DNA of 43,175 nt, from the NCBI RefSeq assembly GCF_001194135.2, contig NC_068997.1:15160654-15203828 (forward strand), written 5' to 3'. The notes under the pieces were generated by a model. It saw only the letters and a list, made by a program, of their open reading frames with translations, had not been told where the DNA came from and did no database searches. The stretch comes from Octopus bimaculoides (lineage: Eukaryota). Position numbers and translations under genes: made by a program. Positions within the stretch are counted from its first letter, which is position 1, and each line of letters starts with the position of its first letter. Positions 34,883 to 43,175 of this stretch are shown here, piece by piece.

Positions 34883-35674
34883 GAGACAAGTTTTTTTAAA
34901 TCCTACTCACATGTAAATTATAAGAACGTACATGTATGAATATTGTATATACATACATATGTATGTAAGTTTTTATAAGAATATGCATGAATATGATATG
35001 TGTATGCATATATATTGTGTATATGTATGTATATATATAATGAACTAAGGGAAATAATTCAAGTGAGCCAGTAGCATGAATTCAAATAAATTAAAGAGGT
35101 CATTTATTAAGTGCGTACGTCATTCGGTACGTCACCTCTTAATTTAAATAGCTCAGTTCATGTAATTAACACACATCATTTATTTCTCAAGCTCACATTT
35201 TCGAATTTTTCAGATTACCACTAGTCCTGCCAAAGTAACTCCTGTATATCTGAATGCATCTCGCNNNNNNNNNNNNNNNNNNNNNNNNNNNNNNNNNNNN
35301 NNNNNNNNNNNNNNNGAGACAAGTTTTTTTTAAATCCTACTCACATGTAAATTATAAGAACGTACATGTATGAATATTGTATATACATACATATATATGT
35401 GTTTGTATTTATATATATACTTATATATGTATGCTTATGTATATATATAATGAACTAAGGGAAATAATTCAAGTGAGCCAGTAGCATGAATTCAAATAAA
35501 TTAAAGAGGTCATTTATTAAGTGCGTACGTCATTCGGTACGTCACCTCTTAATTTAAATAGCTCAGTTCATGTAATTAACACACATCATTTATTTCTCAA
35601 GCTCACATTTTCGAATTTTTCAGATTACCACTAGTCCTGCCAAAGTAACTCCTGTATATCTGAATGCATCTCGC
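34883..35674. other. Near-identical direct duplication across a 51-N gap (probably unmerged haplotypes)
   Basis: 34883-35264 and 35316-35674 are the same sequence except in a TA/TG tract. Copy 1 ends and copy 2 begins exactly at the gap edges. Confidence 0.85.
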
Positions 35675-36053
35675 AAATAATACTTGCAGCCTTTAACTGA
35701 CGACTAAAATTCTGATGAACTTTTAAAAGAGCGAAATATATCCATTGCTCTGCCCTTGCCGGAAAGCAAATTTCAGGTTTAATCTTTTGTATGCAACATA
35801 ATTTTGCGGCATTAGTTCTCAATTTTGCGAAATGAAACTTACCAACAATTACCACTATGTTTATATTTTCTTTTCTGAACTAGAAGCTAAATTTTAATTA
35901 ATTGAGAAATTTTTACAAATGGGAGTAATTTGTATGTACAATGTAACGTCAAAGAAAATCTTAAACAGGAACAGAATGGCTCACACAGAATAAAATAAAT
36001 ATAACAAATATATATTTCATTTTAATGGTGGAGAATTTAAAATGTAAAGAGAG

Positions 36054-36093
36054 TGTTGTAACGTTTCGGACTGTAGCCCTTCTTCAGAAACAA
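36054..36093 (-). ncRNA. Minimal type I hammerhead motif of a second family
   Basis: Minus strand ttgttt-CTGAAGA-A-GGGC taca GTCC-GAAA-CG-T-T-acaac. All core bases are present, but stem I is out of register by 2 nt. Confidence 0.65.
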
Positions 36094-36169
36094 AGCAAGA
36101 AACATGGGGAAAGGAGGGAAAAGAGATAGTGGATGTATTAAAAAATATTTTTATTTTGAAAATTTTGGA

Positions 36170-36275
36170 CATAGTTTTTGGTTAAGTAGCTTGCATTGCA
36201 ACAACGTAGTTTCAGGTCCAGTTCCACTAAGTGGCGCCTTGAACAATTGTCTTCTACTATATCTCCGGGCCGAAG
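36170..36275 (+). mobile_element. Decayed family A head plus core
   Basis: ggttaagtagcttgc..ggtccagttccact..ggcgccttgaacaattgtcttctactata matches 20315-20410. Confidence 0.65.
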
Positions 36276-36671
36276 AATTCCCTATGATTCCTATAGAGAT
36301 CATAAAAACAACTTTCAATATAGCTGCGTAAAAGTTCTATGCCATGGACTTCTTCGAAGTTGTTATTAGCCCAAGACGGTCTTATATCTGGGTTCTTCTT
36401 GGTGCGCGTCTCTTATGCCTCCATATTTGAATTGAGAAAATGCTATTTCCAAATTTGTAGATGTCTTTCAAGTCTTACACAATTACCGCTAATAGAAACA
36501 GGATTATCGAAAGCTGCTCTTCAATGCAAACAGAAAGCAGAGGGGCCTTAGTTAACGTCTACTTAACCTGCACCAAAGTGATTAAAGCAACGTTTCCGAT
36601 TCTTTTATTTTCAGGGAAAGCTTGAGATTCATTCCAAGTCTCAGGGAAACCTCTATATAAAGACAAATGTA

Positions 36672-36933
36672 TCCTTCATCGATTTACACCTCCCACTACC
36701 CCTGGAAAGGTCATGGCAGTAGAGTCCTCAGCCACCACCAACGTAAGGTTCTATCAGAATTAACGACCGTTAGAATTTCTGGTTGGATTCACAATTGTAG
36801 CCGACTGAGATAACGGATAGCATCCAACTACCTCGCTTATGTTGGTATCCAACTACCACCAACCTGGTAGTGGCTAAGGACTCTATCCCTACGACCCTCC
36901 CTGGAGTAGCGAGAGGTGAAAATCGATGGAGGA
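36672..36933. mobile_element. MITE-like foldback element with ~69-bp imperfect TIRs
   Basis: 36672-36740 aligns to the reverse complement of 36865-36933 at roughly three-quarters identity (by eye). TSD ambiguous, possibly TA. Confidence 0.8.
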
Positions 36934-37088
36934 ATATATCAATTAATGGCTCGACCCTAAGCAACTCCGTAATCTCTGAACTATGCACCATGTCGAGTAA
37001 CGTTACTCCGGAGATTCGTTGGAGAGCTTTTGGAGGACCCCATTTATCCGATTCTATTCGCAGTTGTACACTTTCTATAAAAAAAAAA

Positions 37089-37400
37089 GGTGCGTGGCGC
37101 AGTAGTAACAGCGCCGGGCTCATAATCACGAGGTAGTGAGTTCGATTCCTGGACCGGGCTGTGTGTTATGTTTTCTTGAGCATAATACTTCATTTCACAT
37201 TGCTCCAGTTCACTGAGCTGTAGAAACGAGTCGCGGTGTCACTGGTACCAAGCTGTATCGGCCTCTACGTTTCCTTTGGGCAACATCAGTAGCATGAAGA
37301 AGAGAAGCTGCTATGCATGGACGACTGTTGATTTTCCATAAACAACCTTGTCTGGACTTGTGCCTCGGAATGTAACTTCCATGGTGCAATCCCATAACCA
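37089..37400 (+). mobile_element. SINE family C with a tRNA-Met(CAT)-like head; core shared with family B, different tail
   Basis: Head ggtgcgtggcgcagtagtaacagcgccgggctCATaatcacgaggtagtgagttcgattcc resembles elongator tRNA-Met and has a canonical B-box. The core matches 3915-3965 and 7255-7310. The 3' boundary is approximate. Confidence 0.75.
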
Positions 37401-38163
37401 TTTATAACCGAAGAGGGTCTTTACAATTTACCCTTTCTATCATGATCCACATTCATGACCATAGGTGAAGATAGGTACGAAAATCGAACCGAAGATAGCA
37501 AGTCTATTTTCCCAATCTCTCTTCTTCAGAAAATCAAATACAGGAGCTGACGCATTATTGTGCCAGTACCTGCAGTTCTGTATAATTCTTTACAAATATT
37601 TTCTTTCTTCATGCAATTCTTTCTTAATAGCTTTCCTTCCCTTTCATAAAGTTAAATTTCATAAGATTTTGAACAAATTACAAAACCATCTGTAAACGGT
37701 TTTTGCAGATGAAATCCATTTAACACTACAAAGAAGCTTTATAAGATTTCATCTTAACCTTGGCCTTGGTTAGCCAAAATTTTTTCTACAAGACCCGTTT
37801 TAAGGGATTGTTTTTCTCGCGGGGTCTCCTTACACAATAAAAATGTCAGTATTTCGAATATGCTGAATATGATGTGCGTCTATAATGAAATTACGAGTAT
37901 GGAATTGAGTATAAAAATGACCCAAACATGCATTTGCGTGCAATTAGCTTATTTATCACCATTTCATGTGGAACCTGACGACCTCTTGTGGAATCCTAGG
38001 GTTGGGAAATGCTGGACGAGAAGAAGACTGAGTCTTGTGACGTACACGCAACTAATTTTCCTGCCAACAGGGGAAAAAATTATAAGAAATAATTAATGAT
38101 TCACCCGCATATGTATGCACGTATATATGTGTGTATGTATATATGTATGTGTGAGTGGGTATG

Positions 38164-38194
<31 letters not shown>

Positions 38195-38822
38195 ACATAC
38201 ATACATGTGTGTGTGTGGATGTGTAGGTGTTCATAGCTATCATTGACACCGAACTGAAATCCCACCCCGCCAGACCCACCCAAGTCTTGCTAAAATGGTC
38301 TGCTGAGGTGAAACGAAGATATCANNNNNNNNNNNNNNNNNNNNNNNNNNNNNNNNNNNNNNNNNNNNNNNNNNNNNNNNNNNNNNNNNNNNNNNNNNNN
38401 NNNNNNNNNNNNNNNNNNNNNNNNNNNNNNNNNNNNNNNNNNNNNNNNNNNNNNNNNNNNNNNNNNNNNNNNNNNNNNNNNNNNNNNNNNNNNNNNNNNN
38501 NNNNNNNNNNNNNNNNNNNNNNNNNNNNNNNNNNNNNNNNNNNNNNNNNNNNNNNNNNNNNNNNNNNNNNNNNNNNNNNNNNNNNNNNNNNNNNNNNNNN
38601 NNNNNNNNNNNNNNNNNNNNNNNNNNNNNNNNNNNNNNNNNNNNNNNNNNNNNNNNNNNNNNNNNNNNNNNNNNNNNNNNNNNNNNNNNNNNNNNNNNNN
38701 NNNNNNNNNNNNNNNNNNNNNNNNNNNNNNNNNNNNNNNNNNNNNNNNNNNNNNNNNNNNNNNNNNNNNNNNNNNNNNNNNNNNNNNNNNNNNNNNNNNN
38801 NNNNNNNNNNNNNNNNNNNNNN

Positions 38823-38830
38823 ATTGCAGT

Positions 38831-38862
<32 letters not shown>

Positions 38863-38948
38863 TTGTTTTTGTTGTTGTTGAATTGTCTTTAGGTCAGAGT
38901 TCGCCTGCATCAGGAATTTGTAACAACAACTACTACTACTACTACTAC

Positions 38949-39015
<67 letters not shown>

Positions 39016-39098
39016 AAGAAGAAGAAGAAGAAGAAGAAAAGAACAACAACAACAATAATAATAATAATAATAATGATAATAATAATAATGATGATAAT
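38823..39098. repeat. Compound (GTT/CTG) and (CAA/CTA/TAA/GAA) microsatellites
   Basis: Direct reading. Confidence 0.9.
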
Positions 39099-39140
39099 GC
39101 TAAGCATTTCGCCCGGCGTGCTAACGATTCTGCCACCTCT
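39099..39140 (-). mobile_element. SINE family D 5' head fragment
   Basis: Minus strand gaggtggcagaatcgttagcacgccgggcgaaatgcttagc. The 5' part matches 25899-25922; the rest of the assignment is from recognition. Confidence 0.6.
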
Positions 39141-39385
39141 TGTGTGTCTATAGTTTACACCATATACAAGTTTTGCTCATTCCTTTCCTGCATATCGTTC
39201 ACAACAACTTCCCTGACGATTGTAGATTCCTGTCTTACTTAAACTTTTGGCTTTACTAAGTTTACTTTGAAACCTTTCAGATTTCAGGTTTGCATCCATC
39301 TCTGGAATTTCTTCTCTAAACCTTCTGCAAGTTTTGCCGTAAAATGTCGTTCATCAGTATTCAACAGTTGCTATAGACAGCCATC
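39133..39385 (-). mobile_element. Decayed RTE-clade LINE fragment (RT YADD region and downstream Cys/His finger)
   Basis: From 39382: GCL*QLLNTDERHFTAKLAEGLEKKFQRWMQT*NLKGFKVNLVKPKV*V, comparable to ELLYADDL...LEKKF..W...L..KGL.VN..KTKV. After a frameshift: SGKLL*TICRKGMSKTCIWCKL*THKR. Confidence 0.8.
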
Positions 39386-41182
39386 TTAAACCTCCTCCTG
39401 CATTAAACAGAAAGGAGCTGAGAATTGGACACGGAAAGACACCTATTTTTAGGCATGCACTGAAATTGCAACAGTGTTCTAGCCTGTTTGTCGTAATTTT
39501 TTCTTGGTGCATTTCTATGTGTTACTTTTAGTTTCTTTAAGTTAATTAAAAGGAAAAACTAGAAATCAAACTATGCTGCCAAACCTTAAAAATGTCCACA
39601 GATAAATACACAATAAACATACACGATTAACTTTAAGGTTTACTCCGACACGAGAATTTATTAGGATACATGATGTAAAAAATAATATTACAATTTGTAA
39701 GAGTGGCGAATGTAATATATTCATAATCACAAGTTAAAGAAGAATAAATTTTTAAAATAGCTAAAAATTTACTCGGTGACAAAAGCAATATCGTTAGATT
39801 AAACGAGAAAATGAATGAACTAATCACGGTGATATACGTATAAATAGAAGCTCCTTGTTTCTTTTGCATTGATAGCGAATTAACTTAGTTACAGCACACG
39901 TCTACAAAACTGTAAAAATATACAAACAAAGCAGTGTCTTTTGAACAATAATTATGTATCAAAAATATGCACCAGCAACCGTCACACGATTGCTAAATAA
40001 ATTTGATCACTCTTGAGTAGTGCAGGACATAGTCGGCTGAGAAGTTTCTGGAGTTTGAAGCCATATTTTAATATCGTATTTATGAGACAGTATTTGTACG
40101 TCTACTGTCTACTCCATAGAGATGCAACCCTTTTAAGGTATGGCAATATTTAAAAGGTAAAATAGTGGAATTATTTGAATCTCACTGTGAAGACGACAAC
40201 GTGGAGATAGAACAAAACCATTGCGTAGAAGAAAATGATAAAAAAAAAAAGAGGCAAGATCACCAGGAACTTCAATGACTAAATATTTGTTCGAGGCTTT
40301 TATTTTAGATAAACCTGTGGCGATTTGTTACCGAGAAAGATCCCTAAAGAGAGAGAAGATCAAAAGTAAAACAAGTTAATAATGAATTAATGCATCTACT
40401 ACCAAGGAGTTAAACGAATAGAACAGAAATAATCTACAATAACAAACCTTGAACATTTTCTTTAAGTAAATAATTAGTTTATTGATTTTAACTTATATAT
40501 TTCAATGTTTAATACTGAAAATATTTTCGGTTTTATTTAGATGTTCGTCGATGTTTTTTGTGACTAGGAATACATCGTAAGAATGTAATTCGTGCTTATA
40601 TTATTATTAATATTATTATTGTTGCTGTTGTTATTGAGAGAGCAGTGCTTGCCATCAAAGTGACACTGGGGTAAAATATACGAAGCCCAGTATACCCATC
40701 ATGACCACCCGTCTGATAAGTGTACACAGGTACATGTATCACAATCATAAGTGCACGACATGGTGAGCTCTTTTAAAGATAAACGACACACTAGTCACAA
40801 ATAAAAATGGCAAAAATTCAAATTCTGACAATAAGGCTTACATTCATCACCAGACCTGCAGACACCAATGTTTTGATTTAGTTTCGTCTCCTCAGTGCTA
40901 GACACTCCTCAATACTATACACATGTCTCCTCAGCGCCAGACATTTGGAGCTGCACCGAAACTTCTGCTCTTATTTATAGAAGACAAGAGTCGTATTTTA
41001 TTCGACTTGTCACATGGTTTGATGTGAAACATTTTAAATGTTCCCAAGTAACGGATTTACTCGGTGATGTACTTGATAACATTCTATAAATTTCTTGAGC
41101 ACAAGTTAATTATGACTTTCCCTGCATTTTTCAGCTCGGGCAAAGTAAATCAAAGATGGAGGAATTTATGGAAAAAATTGTT

Positions 41183-41428
41183 AAAGAGGGCAATGTAGAA
41201 TTAGAAAGAGGGCATGTAAATTCTACGGTTAGAAGAAGGGAGCGTATATTGTAAGGCTGGAAGAAGGGGGACATTATGTAGGACTTTGAGAAGGGGAACA
41301 CAATGTAGGACTTCTCAAGAGAGAAGGGGCGCACATTGCATGATTAAGAGAAAAGTGAATATTGTAAGACTGCGAAAAGGGAGTAAACACTGTAAAACCG
41401 AGGGAAGGCGGCGTAGTTTGTAAGACCA
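41183..41428. repeat. Degenerate ~22-31-bp purine-rich minisatellite
   Basis: Recurring agaaggg..a.attgtag/aa units, about 9 copies. Confidence 0.65.
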
Positions 41429-41540
41429 GTCTGGGGCACTAAATAGCATTGCAACAGCCTGCTCGTTGTTGATTTGTTAAATGTATGATTATTTGTCGAT
41501 GAAATCGATAAATAATTATAACATTTGTTGACTTACATGA

Positions 41541-41586
<46 letters not shown>

Positions 41587-42373
41587 TTTACCTTATAATT
41601 GATAAGGTTTCGTCTAACTGGATCCTGTTTCATTTCATAAAACTCGGTTCCTACTTAATTTGTCACCCATTTTTTTTTCTATTAATTAAATCTACATTTC
41701 ATTATATTAGATTAAATCAATCTAGGTGAAGTTTAATTTAGTTAGGAAGGATGAGGTTTAAAAGAAAATTTTCATTAGGCTTAAAGTTTAGATTTAGTTT
41801 TAGTTAAGTAACGCATAATCTAAATCCAATTAAAATTTCCTTGAGGTGAGGACAACGGATTTAGATAGAGATAAGAGGACGAGAAGAAAGAGGGATAAGA
41901 CGGTGAGGAAAGAGAGCGAGAAGGAGATAAAGAGAGAATGAGAGTAAAAAGAAATTCAACCACAAAGCGAAGGGAGGGAGAGGGAGAGAGAGAGATGTAC
42001 ATGATCACTCGTTGATTTGCATACAGGAACACCCACCTTCCTTTGGAATCCGTTTATGATACAGCGCAACACAACGGATTACGCTTGGTTAGGAAAAACT
42101 AAGTAAAACGGAGAGACTAGTCTTCCCATTAGTATTTCGAATATAATGGCGTTTCAAACACATATTGATTAATTGCCGATGTCAAGCTACGCACTACTTC
42201 TTCGTTACCATATATAAATGCCAGATAATCTATAATTGGAAATACCATCAAAACGACTCTTCAATATACGGCTAATGCACATTTCCATGATAAAAAGAAC
42301 GGTCGTGATAATTCCGAACAGAAATAGATTTCGGATTCGTGTAAACTGCTCTTTTCTTTCTACGTTCCTTCAA

Positions 42374-42391
42374 CTGCTGCTGCTGCTGCTG

Positions 42392-42436
<45 letters not shown>

Positions 42437-42500
42437 TTGTTGCTGCTGATGGTGGTAGTCGACGTCGTAGCTGTTCCCTTCTTCTTCTTCTTCTTCTTCT
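42374..42500. repeat. Compound (CTG)(CTA)(CTT) microsatellite
   Basis: Direct reading. Confidence 0.95.
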
Positions 42501-43099
42501 TGAAGGAAGATACGCACCAACAATATACACTACATTTTGGTCGCCAAAATATAACTGGTATTACATCGTCCACACCAGAAAAGAAACCAGCGAGGGAGGG
42601 CGCACCATCTAAAGAAATACAAACCAAATCTTCCTCAAATCACGTCCTAGTGTTTTCTACATAAAAAGAAAGAACATACAAATCGGACAATATAGCCTAA
42701 GATACACTATCTCTAATAAAACAAAAATAATAAAACAAATATAAAACTGCATAATCAAACCTGGAATGTCAATGGTTTGAACCGTAAGTTTGATTAATTT
42801 CTAAAATGATCGAGGGGTTAACCAATGACAACTGTGGAGACATGAAATACAAAGACTATTCTGAGAGAATTTAAACTCAAAAGGTAATTAATTTCTTTCT
42901 GCTCTGCGTCGTACAACACATCACTCTGTCTAAGTCCGGTGTGTGCTCTAGTTTCTTTTCGATGATTTTTCATAGCATGTTAGATGAGAAAAGGTTAGTA
43001 GACCCTCTCTGACTTAGCTCTCCTCCGTTCGCTGGAGAATGGAGAAACACAATATGAATGGTCACGAGCGACCCTCCCATAGTGTAGTATATCCAATTC

Positions 43100-43118
43100 C
43101 TTACATACACACATATAT

Positions 43119-43175
<57 letters not shown>
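43100..43175. repeat. (CA)/(TA)n microsatellite
   Basis: Direct reading. Confidence 0.95.

Noticed and set aside
37089-37160. Genuine tRNA-Met gene
   Set aside because: The acceptor and anticodon stems do not pair properly, and the sequence continues into a SINE core with no oligo-T terminator.
37690-37760. Mariner-like HTH word (SAKTVYRWF) on the minus strand
   Set aside because: Isolated short motif without supporting flanks or a TIR.
40636-40790. Sequence resembling a common octopus interspersed repeat
   Set aside because: One copy only in the window and no structural hallmark; based on recollection alone.
40870-40950. Minus-strand CTGAGGA-GAC-GAAAC hammerhead-like word within a 19-bp imperfect direct repeat
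   Set aside because: Stem II cannot form and helices I and III are absent.
42555-42612. 44-nt minus-strand candidate exon with a good acceptor (tttctttag|atggtgcg...gat|gtaata)
   Set aside because: No homology or neighbouring exons; only RNA-seq could support it.

Overview
Eukaryotic, AT-rich, repeat-saturated non-coding window. About 7.3 kb (17%) is N, in 16 gaps that mostly sit inside microsatellites. The repeat content points to an octopus (cephalopod) draft assembly (inference). No intact host gene, tRNA or rRNA gene can be supported, and most six-frame ORFs are translations of simple repeats or gaps. The window contains: several tRNA-derived SINE families (my labels A-D and F, plus H); three Tc1/mariner remnants; a hAT MITE with a perfect 8-bp TSD; a MITE with ~69-bp TIRs; a decayed RTE LINE fragment; a 5'-truncated R4/Dong-type LINE; a ~165-bp minisatellite; and a probable false duplication. 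The best signal is family H, a composite short element built as tRNA-like Pol III head + (TAA)n linker + ~150-nt tail. The consensus of its three tail copies folds into a minimal type I hammerhead ribozyme of the kind known from Penelope-like elements, with a palindromic AACGUU in place of helix III. One H copy has been invaded in its (TAA)n linker by the Dong-type LINE. A second, unrelated hammerhead motif lies at ~36.07 kb.
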